DNA of 45,285 nucleotides from Octopus bimaculoides (Eukaryota): NCBI RefSeq assembly GCF_001194135.2, contig NC_068998.1, positions 32,949,737 to 32,995,021 on the forward strand, read 5' to 3'. The notes beneath the pieces were generated by a model, which ran no database searches, was not told the origin of the DNA, and saw nothing but the letters and a program-made list of their open reading frames with translations. The translations under genes and the position numbers were made by a program. Below, piece by piece: positions 11,541-23,874 of this stretch (position 1 is the first letter of the stretch; each line of letters begins with the position of its first letter).

Positions 11541-11688
11541 GATTGATTGTTATGGCTGGTCAGTGAGTTACAATTGTTTTTAACCCTATAAAGTGCTTAG
11601 CTGATGAGTCTGATGTGTCACCTATACAGCTAAGTGCTTGATAGGTGTGAAACCAATGGTCACTTTTGACTTGTCATAACAATTAATC
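11541..11688 (+). ncRNA. ~148-nt self-complementary element in (TA)n containing a type I hammerhead-like motif with a GUC site
   Basis: Terminal helix 11541-11563/11666-11688. Motif reads gagt-CTGATGT-gt-cacctat-loop-ataggtg-t-GAAA-cc-aat-gg-TC-actt (11606-11665). An intact CTGATGA lies at 11601-11607. Confidence 0.55.
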
Positions 11689-13626
11689 ATATATATATAT
11701 ATAGAGAGAGAGAGATATATATGCACACATGTGTGTATATAGACACTTCCTATATACAGAGTGAGCCTTTTGGTGTAAGTGTATACTTAATCAGTCACAT
11801 CCTATTTTCTATGTGCATTGGAAGACTTGATATCAGCACTGTAAACTAATCAGATATTCATCAATTATGCAGAACAGTAACTATTTACAGTGATATAATG
11901 TACTTACTCCATATTTACAACTTACATTTAATTCTACTGAACTTAGTTAAAATAGATGACAAATTAGTGGAGTTTCTCGTATGCTTTCAGTTTTGTCAGG
12001 TATAAATGAAAACAGTAATTTCTAACATAGGTGCAATACTAGAAATGTTGAGTAAGTGCACATGTGATGTAATTTACTGTAGTACTCTATTAGTATCTAC
12101 TTGATTTGAAAATGTTTGAAAAGTAAAGTTAACAGCAGTGGGATTTGAACTTAGAACATGAACGAACAGAACTAAATATTGCATGACATTTCATACAAAA
12201 TTCTATCAAATTATTTTGGCATGTAGTAGAAAAATCTGTTTCTCTGGGGAGATCTAATAACCCCAAAACATCTAATCATACTTTTTAAAATCAGACTCAC
12301 TCTCTATTGTATATCAGCATTCAGTTTTTAATTAATTTAAATTATGAAGTTGTTCAATCTGCTTTTCTTGTCCATAAATAATCATTAATATAATGTGTTT
12401 TCTTCTTATTTCAGGTATAATTTTTATTTATCAAATAATTATTTGGCTCAATACATTATATATGATAGTACTGGTTTAACCATGTCCTGTAAGATTTGTT
12501 ACACACAAAGAAACATGGCATTATACAAATCTTATGTTTTTCTGTATACTCTAATTTTGTCTACCTTGAATTGACTCGTAGTTCTATAGAATAATACACC
12601 AAAAATAAATGTATTTTAGTGAAAGAAATAGTTCAAGAAAACTAGTAAATTCTAAAATGTACAAACACATCCAATCTGAACTAAATTTGGAAAGTAGATA
12701 TGTAATGAGAGAGAAAATGTTATCTGAAAACCAAAAATTTAAATACATAAATCAACATCTGATACTTTTCAACTAATCCACTCTAAAAACATTTTAAGTT
12801 CACCTGATATTGTTGTGTTGTTGTCCATAAACATAGCTAGCGTTTATATCAGAAATTTCTTCAGGCCATTAAGCACAACAGTTTTTAGTACCGTTCACAT
12901 AATAATCATCCAATTACATTTCTGAATAATTTTTTGTAATTAAATTAAATTGCTGTGGAAAACTGTAAATTAAATTTTCCTATTGAAGTTCACTGTTGTA
13001 ATAATAATTGCTGGACTGCTATGAGCTTCATTTAAACAAGAAAGCAATAAAACCACAAGTAAAATAAAAAATACACACAAACATACAGCATAAACAAAAA
13101 TAACAACTTTATTAAGTAATTTCTGTTTAGTATGTAACATAAAATACGTAATACAGAAAAAGCTGACAGTAAATTGCAAAGAATAGCAGCTTAATTAATT
13201 GAATGTTTATGGTAAAAGTTATTTATTGAGACTTAAATAAAGTTTCTTTTAATTTTAGTATAGTTCTTTTACAAGATTCAAAACACATCCTGAAGGAAAA
13301 TATGCTTTTAAAGAAAACTGAACAACAGATTATTTCTCTTATCTTTTTTCTTTCAGATATCCCACCACCTTTCTTTTAGCTTTTTTTAAAAATCAAAATT
13401 GAAAATTTAAATTATATGAAAATAATCCAATTTTAAATGAATTTTTCTCTGGAAGAATTCTGATAAAAAACCTAACTATGTTGTAAGGCATTAATTATGG
13501 TCCTAGTTTTAACATTTTCTAATTGTACAATCTAATTTTGTTTGTTTTTGAAAAGTCATCTTTTCATTTCCTTCTTCCACGTTTTCTTCTAGTTTCATGT
13601 ATCACTCCATTCTATTAGGGAATTAC

Positions 13627-13710
13627 CACTAGCCATATTAATATCATAATTTAATTGATCTCCTGTCAGCTGTGAATACTTCATGGTGAAATTGAACTCA
13701 ATACAATGAG
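13627..13710 (-). CDS. Candidate internal exon (84 nt) of an unidentified minus-strand gene
   Basis: acttagttcag acceptor, gtaatt donor, open frame (A)HCIEFNFTMKYSQLTGDQLNYDINMAS; no homology recognised. Confidence 0.25.
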
Positions 13711-15569
13711 CTGAACTAAGTTTAAGTAAATAATTTAAATATACTAAAAATATTTTAGCGATGAACAAATATTTGAACCCATTCTTTCAATGCCAGAGCA
13801 ACAGCTTGGCTTTAACTTTAATTACCAAATCTACAGATCCATGCCTTTTCTTTGCTGTAAATTAATTTTAAACCTTCAGAAGAGAAGTGATGAAATAATT
13901 TGATCAAAATACTTCAAGTAGGAAATAATTAAATAAATCATATTGAGTTAGTATCTGCTCCAATATTTATTGTTCGAAGTTACTGTTTTAACAAAGGAGA
14001 ATATGACATTATAGCTATTTTCTCAGAAAGATGAGTCTTTTAGTTTATAATTTTTAACAAACTGATTACTATATTCAAAAATGGGACTACAATTATTGTT
14101 GTTTATCTCCAATTCTGTACTGTCCTTAATCATCTCATTTATTTACAGTCTGCTGTATACTTTTAAAGAATGGTTGGGTGTGACTTGAGAAAGATTTGGC
14201 TGCTATCTCTAGCAGCTTGAGCTACTGCATAATAGTTCTCTCACTGGTTTGGCAAATGATGGTGTTTCAGCATAATCATGGCCTAACAGCTGAATCAGTA
14301 AGAGTATTAAGAGTAAATGAAACATAATAAACATAAACTAAGACATAAAAGAGAGAAAAAATGTTGACAGCAAAAAACAAAACAAAAACAAAACAAAAAA
14401 CAAAAAAAAATAAATAAAAGAAGAAACAGGAACCTAATTCAATAAAACTTTATTATTACTAAGAAATATTAGATTGTTTTCTCTTTACTAATTCTAGAGA
14501 GAATGAGGGTATGTATTATGTATGTGTATGTGTATTTTTTATGTATATTTATAATGTGTGATTTAGGTATGATGTGTGGGCATGCATATGCTGTATCGTG
14601 CATGTATGTATAATATGTTACAAATGATAATTTTGCAAGTAATTAAGAATATACAGGTGAGTGAAGTTGAAGTTTTGGAAGTCCAGTGGACAGAGACACA
14701 ACACAATTTAATGTGATCAAACTTTGCTGTTGGCATCAAATTGTATTGCTTGGCATTTCTCCCATTGTTATCATATCCCACCGCTTCAGATTTAAACAAT
14801 TTTCAGTTTTACTGAAGTCCACTGAACAATGAATCAAAAGTGTTGACACCTGCTTCAAATATGTTTTTCACTACACTAGGTTTTTTGCCGTATATTCAAA
14901 TTTTGTTTCTTTTGTAAAAGAGGCAGCTGTTGCTGCCATTAGATTGTTAGTGTTTAACATCTGATTAACTCTGATTGAACATGCATATGACCAAAGGTAT
15001 TCCAAGTGTAGCATTTCTATGTTTGTTTTTTTTTTCTTTTCATACATAACATACCATGGACAACATTATCTATTGAGTCCTTTCATTTTTTAAGAGAAGG
15101 GGTGAGATTTGAAGGCGATCCTTGTCGCTATTTCTAGCTAATCAAACAGTTGCATAAATGATACCATTTTACCAAGTTGAAATGAGTGTTGAAGAGACAC
15201 AGAAGAGAATATGTTGTGGGAATAACATAGAAAATAATTATTTGTTGTCTACAGTTGATTTCTTACATAATAATGGCATTTATAATTACATTGTAATTAT
15301 TTTCTTTTATTTTTTTTCAACAGGGGGATCTCCTACGTTCCCATTGAAAAGACAGATGAGACAACGTAAGTAAATTATTCATTTTTTCTCTTTGATTATT
15401 TATACTATACTTTTTCATTGCTGTTGTCATATAACTATCTTCTAAAGAATAATAATGTAGAATATATATTAAATTCAGTACAACTGATGTGGCCAAGCTG
15501 TTCTGACCATTTAAATACAATATTTTAGGATATTTAGTTTATTTGGAGATGAGGCACCCAAACTCACCT

Positions 15570-15620
15570 TCAGGAAATTCTTAAAATGCAGCCGTTTCTG
15601 ACTACATGGGTCAGCTGACT
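15570..15620 (-). CDS. Candidate internal exon (51 nt)
   Basis: ttttggttagtag acceptor, AAG|gtgagt donor, open frame SADPCSQKRLHFKNFLK. Confidence 0.25.
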   Translation of the reverse strand, partial: SQLTHVVRNGCILRIS

Positions 15621-15834
15621 ACTAACCAAAACACTCAATGGAGATACATTAGACAGGAAAACAGTGATCATCAGAAAATATATAGGCATGCTTGCAAGAG
15701 AGAACTTTATCCTCCACCATTTCAATAATGACTCAATTATGTTCATGTAAAGATTGATTAAGTTGGTAAGCATTTGCAGGGTTACAACTTGCTATTAAAG
15801 TAGGTAGTAATTTTACCTTGTCCTTAGCGCAAGT

Positions 15835-16935
15835 TTTCAAGAGTGCAGTTCGATTATAACAGTTATTTTTTCAAAGCTATAATGGAAGTGACAAAGGAGC
15901 ATATTCAGCATATTTTGTTTTATGAGTTCAATAAAGACAACAATAAAATGGAAAGTGTGAGGAATATTAAGGCAGTATGTGTGATTGGACAATAAGTGTA
16001 AGCAAGTGTCAATGGTGGTTCCAGAAATTCCAAGCTGGAAACTACAGCCTAGAAGACAAGCTTCATCCTGGAAGATCTTCAAACCCTGGTGGAGCAAAAT
16101 TCCATTGTAACTGTTGAGGAACTAACAAATAGCTTGCATTTGGTCATTCAACCATTCATTGACACCTGTGTGCCATTGGAAAAGTCAGCAAATTGGATCA
16201 TTGAGTTCCTTCCAAACTTTCCGAGTCTAATCACACACAGAGAGTGAATGTGTGCTCTTCTTTGCTGTTACACCATATAAATGAACCTTTTTTTTATTGA
16301 ATGGTGACTGGTGATGAGATATGCGTTCTCTATAAAAATGTCAAGTGCTGAAGACAGTGGGTAGAGAAAGGAGAAACACCAGCACCCCAAGCTAAAAAAG
16401 GTTTTCCTCCATGTAAGGTGTTGTTATCTGTTTGGTGGGATATGAAAGGTTTAGTCCACTTTGAACTTTTAAGCCTAAACCAAACAATAACAAAGGAGAT
16501 CTACTGTGAGCAGCTTCAGTGGCTTAAGTCAGTGCTAGAAGAAAAACGATCATCTTTGGTTTCAAGATGAAAGGTGTTCTTCCATCAGGATAATGCTTGG
16601 CCACATACAACATGGATGACATTCCAAAGGCTGGAGCAGTTTGGATGGGAAACGATGCCGCAACCACCATATTCGCTGGACATTGCCTCATCTGATTATC
16701 ATTTATTTCGCAGTTTTCAAAATCATTTAGATGGAAAAAATATGAATTCTGTAGATGAGGAGTATTTTTTGTCATGGACGAATGTTGAAAGAGGGGCCTT
16801 GCAAGTCTACCAGATAAATGGAAGAGCATTGTAGAAAATGAAGGAGAGCATATTTTAGATTAAAAAAGAACTTTTCTTATCTAAATTTTGAAAAATAAAA
16901 GTATAAAAAACTGCATTATTTATGGGATGACCCAA
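15835..16935 (+). mobile_element. Decayed mariner transposon (DD34D, cecropia/Mos1-like); right TIR present, left TIR not seen
   Basis: MEVTKEHIQHILFYEF (ATG 15882), MVTGDE, VLLSVWWDMKG, FFHQDNAWPH, PQPPYSLDIASSDYHLF. Ends in ctgcattatttatgggatgacccaa|ta. Confidence 0.92.
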
Positions 16936-17014
16936 TATATATATATCTATACATGTGTGTATATATACATATATGTGTGTGTGTGTGTGTGTATAATATA
17001 TATTTATATATATA

Positions 17015-17220
17015 TTCTTTTATTCCTTTAGTTGTTTCAGTCATTTTGACTGTGGCCATGCTGGAGCACTGCCATTAGTCGAACAAATCAACCCTAGGAC
17101 TTACTCTTTTTAAGCCTAGTACTTATTCTATCAGTTCTTCTGCTGAACTGCTAAGTTATAGGCATGTAAGCACACCAACATTGGTTATCAAGTAATGGTG
17201 GGAGGACAAACACAGACACA

Positions 17221-17290
<70 letters not shown>

Positions 17291-17866
17291 NNNNNNNNNN
17301 NNNNNNNNNNNNNNNNNNNNNNNNNNNNNNNNNNNNNNNNNNNNNNNNNNNNNNNNNNNNNNNNNNNNNNNNNNNNNNNNNNNNNNNNNNNNNNNNNGTT
17401 TCGAGCCTACGCACTTCCACAGAAAGAAACAAGGAGAGAAAATAAAGAATGTGTAGTGGCTAGCGATCTACGATGGGTTTCTTTCAGTTTCCATCTACCA
17501 AATCCATTCACAAGGCTTTGGTTGACCCGAGGCTAAAGTAGAAGACACTTGCTCAAGGTGCCACACGGTGGGACTTAACCAGGAACCATGTGGTTGGGAA
17601 GCAAGCTTCTTATTTCTTTACTGCCCACAAGGGACTACACACAGAGGGGACAAACAAGGACAGACAAACGGATTAAATCGATTATATCAACCCCAGTGCA
17701 TAACTGGTACTTATTTAATCGACCCCGAAAGGATGAAAAGCAAAGTTGACCTTGGCGGAAATTGAACTCTGAATGTAGCAGAAGACGAAATACCGCTAAG
17801 TATTTCACCTGGTGTGCTAACGTTTCTGCCAGCTCACTGCCTTCTTACCACACAGCCACTCCTGTG
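17015..17866 (-). mobile_element. tRNA-derived SINE family A copy interrupted by a microsatellite/gap and by a nested family-B SINE
   Basis: Aligns to 21117-21535. The head resumes after 17840 (cttcttaccacacagccactcctg). Confidence 0.85.
17613..17840 (-). mobile_element. tRNA-derived SINE family B (Meta-domain-like core) nested in a family-A head, 7-bp TSD
   Basis: Head gcagtgagctggcagaaacgttagcac; core ctttgcttttcatcctttcggggtcgattaaataagtaccag; cttctta duplicated at 17606-17612 and 17841-17847. Confidence 0.85.
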
Positions 17867-18329
17867 TATCTATATGTATGTGTGTGTGTGTACATACACA
17901 TACATACATATAGATAGGTAGATATAGATAGATATACATTTGTTTCAGTTGGGATTGAATTCTTCACAAAGAATTTGAACACTCTTAGCCACTGTACTTC
18001 TAAGCTTAAGAATAACATACTAGAGAACAGACATTTTATTTAAGACCAGAATATATGCGTTTTGTATGATGTAATAAAGTAAATCCAGTGTCAATGCTGA
18101 TTGGGTTTACATCACTGATAATTAATATCCAGAAAAGGGTGTAGTGAATGGTGGATAGGAGGTAATCTATGTTGTAAGTGTGAATGAATGGACAGAAAAG
18201 TGCTGGGGAAGTGTATGTGTGAAATTAACTTTGGCTCAGGACATATTTCCACAAACGACAAATCTGCATGGCTGTGGCTTGAGCAAGTAAAGTGGCATAT
18301 TACAGGCTTGAGAGCTTCAATGTTATTGT

Positions 18330-19540
18330 ATCAGGTGTTTAACAAGTTTACCCCAAAAGTATCTGCCAACACTGAACTCTTTCCTCAATATGCAGTAAGT
18401 CCAAAAGTTGGTATTTAATGTATCTTCTTCCTTCTTAATTTCAAAGAGGATCATTATCTGAGCAGGTTTCTGGTTCAGAATTCCTTTTCCCCTTAGCTTA
18501 GTCAACCTGGAGTCATTGTTTGCTTCTACTCTCTTTGCAATACTTATCACACTTTATACAAACCTAGGACATGTTTCCATGCCATGGACTGCTTCACTTG
18601 CATCTCTACAGTTGTCATCTGTTGCATTAAATGCCAAGTTACAGTCAAAATTTTTGGCATTCAGTATATTGTCTTGTACTTACTTCATACATACCTCACT
18701 TTATACCCCTATGCCTATTGAACACTTATTTTTCTCTGTTGAAAAACCTTTCTTGATTTTACTCATTTTATGTCTGCCACTTCAGCAGGTTGTATCTCTG
18801 ATTCAACACTATGTTTTATTTATTAACATTTCTCTCTTATATATTTATCTTCCTTCTATATTGACCAAAGACAACTGTTTAAAATGATGATTACTTTTCC
18901 TTTCCAGTTGATAATAGTTTCTTAAAATCTTCATCTTAGAACATATTTTATCATAGCATGGTTCCTGTATTCCACATCAGTACTATGTATCTTCTCTGTT
19001 CTACTTGGTGTCATATTCGTAACTCTGAGAAGGCATCACCAAGCTGATCTTGCTTTCTTCTGAGAGTTAAGTGGAATTTAGATTGTATGCTGCTGTCTAC
19101 AAGACCAAATATATGCTCCCCAGTTGAGTGTTGTTTTTTAATATGTAATAGCATGTATGTATTATTTACAGCTTCATTTGAAACAAAGCTATCCAACTGA
19201 TGATTCATACTCTATTAAAAAGAACAATAAATGCAACTCCTCAACATTTCAATCGGATCAGTCATTGCAAATAAACTTTTCTCCAAACTCTTTGCTTAAC
19301 TCCTACACAAAACATTAAGTAAAGATCCTTAGTATAAGATTCAATAATCTGCGAAATTAACTTCACTGCAATTTTATTTCAACTTCCTTTGTGTGCAAAT
19401 CCTACAGATGACCTCATGACTTTGACACATCACTCACTCGGCCTCTATATTCAACAAGAGACGCCATCCTTAGTATATGGACCATGCTCTTTTGCTTCAA
19501 AAACAGTTTTGTATCAGCCAATATATTCTCTGCTGTAGTT
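18330..19540 (-). mobile_element. Highly decayed hAT (Buster/SPIN-like) transposase remnant
   Basis: Fragments EAKEHGPYTKDG (KHGKPFTDGE-like), HSTGEHIFGLVDS (TTGEDIF-like) and TKLRGKG..FEIK (LNxKLQGK-like) in the expected order; many stops. Confidence 0.45.
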
Positions 19541-19576
19541 GCAGATCTAATGGATGATATATAAAATATTTTGTAA

Positions 19577-19750
19577 AAGCACCCACTACACTCTCGGAGT
19601 GGTTGGCATTAGGAAGGGCATCCAGCTGTAGAAACTCTGCCAGATCAGATTGGATCCTGGTGCAGCCATCTGGCTTGCCAGTTCTCAGTCAAATCGTCCA
19701 ATCCATGCTAGCATGGAAAGCGGACGTTAAACGATGATGACGATGATGAT
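19577..19750 (+). mobile_element. 3' end of the RTE-type family (short form) with (GAT)n tail
   Basis: aaagcacccactacactctcggagtggttggcattaggaagggcatccagctgtagaaac...catggaaagcggacgttaaacgatgatga. Confidence 0.8.
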
Positions 19751-19764
19751 ATATCTGTATGTGT

Positions 19765-19890
19765 GTGAGCATTTGTGTCTGTGTTTGTACCCCCAAAACC
19801 TCTTGAGAACTGGTGTTGGTGTGTTTACATTCCAGTAACTAAGCAGTTTGACAAAAGAAACTGATGGAATTAGTACGAGGCTTAACCAAA
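19765..19890 (+). mobile_element. Decayed 3' half of SINE family A
   Basis: gtgtctgtgtttgtacccc...ggtgtgtttacattccagtaactaagcagtttgacaaaagaaactgatggaattagtac aligns to the family-A body. Confidence 0.6.
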
Positions 19891-20247
19891 AATTTAAAAA
19901 ATTATAATATACATTAGCAGTTCCTTTGTTGAAGTATCAAGGAAATCCTAACACAAAAGATGACAGAAGTTACTAGTTTCATCTTTGAAGAGAAAGCAAA
20001 ATAGATATGAGTCTTCTAAGAGTACAGGACAGTGTGAAGGAAGAATAAGTGCATGAGGCTTGATGGTACAGTTAGTATGTATATAACATTGGACTTAAGG
20101 GAATGTATATACATACGTGTGTACACATGTATACACATACACACATACATACACAGACATTTACTCATATAAACTCACATATACATATATACAGGGACAT
20201 GTGCCCATATATAAATGCTTTCTAAAATAATTGCAACTCGTGTTTGA

Positions 20248-20327
20248 GACTCTGATGAAACTGTAAAGTGTTACTCAGGGAGTAACTATGAGTCTACCGC
20301 ACCTTAGAGTGGAAATAGCTGTAAGTT
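20248..20327 (+). ncRNA. Partly decayed type I hammerhead-like motif (near-palindromic stem III TAGCTG, GUA site)
   Basis: gact-CTGATGA-a-actgtaaagtg-[inner hairpin gttactc/gagtaac]-caccttagagt-g-GAAA-tagctg-TA-agtt; stem II has 9 of 11 pairs. Confidence 0.55.
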
Positions 20328-20528
20328 AATGAAGTTCATAAGATAATCATTTATTCTTTTGTCATCTCTTTTCTCATATATATGTGTGTGTGTGTACATG
20401 TGTATGTGTGTGTGTGTGTGCATGTGTGTGTGTGTGTGTATATAGTGTAAGGTGATATATTCGAATAAACACTTGTATCTTTTAAATTATTCTATTATAT
20501 AAACTAAGGCAATATTTCCTGCTTTATA

Positions 20529-20711
20529 AGGTGGCAAGCTGTCAGAAACGTTAGCACGCCAGGTGAAATGCTTAGCTGTATTTTTTCTGTCTTTGTGTTC
20601 TGAGTTCAAATAGACTTTGCTTTTCATCCTTTCGGAGTTGATAAATTAAGTACCAGTTGCACACTGGTCCCCTCCCCCAAAATTTCGCATCTTGTGCCCA
20701 GAGTAGAAAAG
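20529..20711 (+). mobile_element. SINE family B with a perfect 18-bp TSD
   Basis: aatatttcctgctttata at 20511-20528 and 20712-20729; head gtggcaagctgtcagaaacgttagcacgcc; Meta-like core. Confidence 0.9.
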
Positions 20712-21116
20712 AATATTTCCTGCTTTATATGTTACCGTGAAGAGAAAAAATTGATAGAGAGTTGTCTGGAATAGTTAGTAGGGAGGTGTAGAAAAGGGTG
20801 GGTTAGTAGGATTATCTCATAAACCTAGGAGCAAAGTAATATTCTGAATTTTAGCCGAGACTAAATTTGATAGAAATCATTATTAAAAATTAATCTATAA
20901 ATTTATCTGCAGGAAAATTATCATTTTAGAGTTTCTTTTAATGTTGTTTATGTTTTAGTAACTTATTTCATGATGTATATAGCAGTGTTGGTGGGAATAT
21001 TGACAGTAACAGCGACAGGCTGGGGATGATATCACTCAATACTTAGTTTTGTTTTAATTTTTTTTTTGCACTACCTTAACTGTTTTCTGTGTCTGTTAGT
21101 TCTGAAAGTGGTTACA

Positions 21117-21535
21117 ACTCTTTACTCTTTTACTCTCTCTTTTACTTGTTTCAGTCATTTGACTGTGGCCATGCTGGAGCACTGCCTTTAGTCGAGCAAA
21201 TCAACCCCAGGACTTATTCTTTGTAAGTCTAGTACTTATTCTATCGGTATCTTTTGCCGAACCGCTAAGTTACGGGGACGTAAACACACCACCATCGGTT
21301 GTCAAGCGATGTTGGGGGACAAACACAGACACACAAACATATACACACATATATATATATATATATATATATGACGGTCTTCTTTCAGTTTCTGTCTACC
21401 AAATCCACTCACAAGGCTTTGGTCAGCCCGAGGCTACAGTAGAAGACACTTGCCCAAGGTGCCACGCAGTGGGACTGAACCCGGAACCATGTGGTTGGTA
21501 AGCAAGCTACTTACCACACAGCCACTCCTACACCT
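21117..21535 (-). mobile_element. Full-length tRNA-derived SINE family A
   Basis: Minus strand: A-box-like gtggctgtgtgg, B-box-like ggttcagtccc, ccttgggcaagt CORE-like motif, internal (TA/CA)n, and tail gaaacaagtaaaaga with gagtaaaa repeats. Confidence 0.9.
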
Positions 21536-21941
21536 ATATTTAACCTCCATATTTAACCTCCATATTTATTCTGAATATCAGCTTGTTTGTATTCCTGAGT
21601 CTGGATTCATTGTTGAAAATGATTCCATTCCAGCAGTGACAATTTTCAAGCATTATATGGAACAGCATTATTGAGCAAGTCTTACATTTGGTTATTTATG
21701 GTGACAAAAATTTGAAGTGGATTTGAAGTGCAGAGTGAGCAGTTATACTGAAGCTGCCATGTTGTTTCACAGTATTATAATTTTTACTAAATGAATAATA
21801 TAATATATTCTCTGATTGTGTTTTTCTACTTTAATGACAATTAAGTTGACTATTCCATACCACTTTCTGGAAAATTAATGAAGTTCTTAGACAAAAGGGT
21901 TTATTAAATAGTTTGAACACAACGTATGTAGATCAACTCAC

Positions 21942-21989
21942 CAAACACTCCGGATGCCTCCCTGAAAACCTCCTTCAATCAATGCAAGA
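21942..21989 (-). CDS. Candidate internal exon (48 nt)
   Basis: cacctatttcag acceptor, perfect gtgagt donor, GC-richer than flanks, one open frame LALIEGGFQGGIRSV. Confidence 0.4.
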
Positions 21990-23874
21990 CTGAAATAGGT
22001 GGTGTGTGCGGGTTAAAAATGTTTAAGCAAGCTTGACTACAAGCAATGATTAGTTAGCTTAAGTAATTGAAGACATCAAAAGCTATGAAGCACTAAGACT
22101 AAATACAAGAACTGATTTAGTTTCATTATTTTGTATTCCAACTTTAGCCTAGCTACAACTTTCCCTGTTTTACTTATTTACAGTGCAATAAAATACATAA
22201 AGTGAGAGTGACAGAGTAAAACTAGAAAGCAATAAAAATAGGGATGAGGAAGTAGCAGGGTGGACCTTTAAGATATGATGGGGCTAGAAATGAATGGGAC
22301 AGAGATATCAAAAGTGAGTTTTGGGATGAAGGTTATATAAATATATTTAATGCAGAAAATACATCCTATTTCTACTTGTAACTCAAATTAGGAGGAGGTG
22401 TTTTGCTGGACCAAAAGACAGAAACAAACAGTATTATGCACTATGCTTAAGGCCACAAAGTTGTGAATATAAAAAAGCAAACATTTTTTTTTAACTCTAG
22501 TTTCAACTGAACACAAATTTTTCTTGCTGAGATTATAAATTATATTTTCTTGTGTCACTTTCTATCTTAAGCATGGACATTTTCTTCATACTTAAATTTA
22601 TATTTCTAGATGTATTTTTAAATATATTTTAAAATGTATCTTCTATAAAATACATTTTAAGCAAAATACATTTTATATATTTCATGGTATTTTTTCTTCA
22701 TGTATATATATATCTAGGAGAATACACAAATATAAGAAGACAGAAAATGATTTATTTTCAAAATCCTCAATTCTTAATACTTCATATTAAAAAAATGACG
22801 ATGGTGAAAGTGGTAAGAGTAGTGGGAGTAGTAGAAGTGATTATGAGAAGGATAATGCCACCAACAAACGATAGTTTTTCACTGCAAGGACAATGAAAAT
22901 GAAATAGTGGACAACTTTACAATGCAATCAGGATATTAGAATATTACAATGTGCATACAACGTTTGCTGTAAGACATTTCATCCTCTTCAACGTGTTGGG
23001 ATTTTGAAGTGAAGAGTATTTAAGGACACTCATCTAGGGCTGTGTCCATCAAATCTTTTTTAAATCAGAAAGAAAAAACAAGCCAAGGCAAAGAAGTTGG
23101 CAGAATCTGAATTATTGATTTTTGTAAGATGAAATACAGTCAAAGAAGGAAAATTTGAGAGACTTGGTAAGGGCCAGCTTGGGAATATAATGTTTAAGGA
23201 GGATTGCAAGAGCACTATGTGCCTGTAAGGAGAGTAAATTTGATTGCAATAGAAGAAATGTGAATAGCAATTGCTGTGGTTTTGTGAGTTAAGTTATTGC
23301 ACATATGATCATACTTAGAACCACCTGGTTGAAGTTACAAACAACCTTAGCGATTTTGAAGAAAAAAATGTGTAAAAATCTATAGGATTCTATTAGATAT
23401 AGACAATTAATTTTTTGTGTCATATTTCCAATCTCTCTCCCTATTAAAACAATAAAACTTACATTTGTAATATTATTAGAGAAATGTGAATGTTTCTAAG
23501 AAACATTTCTTTCAGAAAATGTCAAAGATAAAGTAACTGTAATACATTTTGCTTAAAGGCAGAGTATTAGTGTGTGTGTGTGTGTGTGTGTGTTTGTGTG
23601 TGTTTGTGTGTGTGTGTGTGTGCGTGCATGCGCGCGTGTGAACATACAAACGTATATTACTTTAAATTCGTTCCACTGATGATTAATGGCAGAAAAACAA
23701 ATCATAGCTGGGATGATAATAACACCAGTATGATGTCAATCATATCACTAATGTTGATGATTGTAATCATAAAATGGATCTGTGTTGTTATTTTTGATCT
23801 TATGTTGTGAGCAACGCACTCAATGTTGTTGGGGAGTTTCACTATTAACCAAAACTAAATAACATTCATTGTAA

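Noticed and set aside
18323-18550. Possible CR1/L2 RT C-terminus (RLTKLRGKG; YEYDTK upstream)
   Set aside because: The surrounding fragments fit a hAT transposase better in order and spacing; no PQG motif was found.
21490-21535. tRNA-like A/B boxes here and in other SINE heads as tRNA genes
   Set aside because: No complete cloverleaf, and they are attached to SINE bodies.
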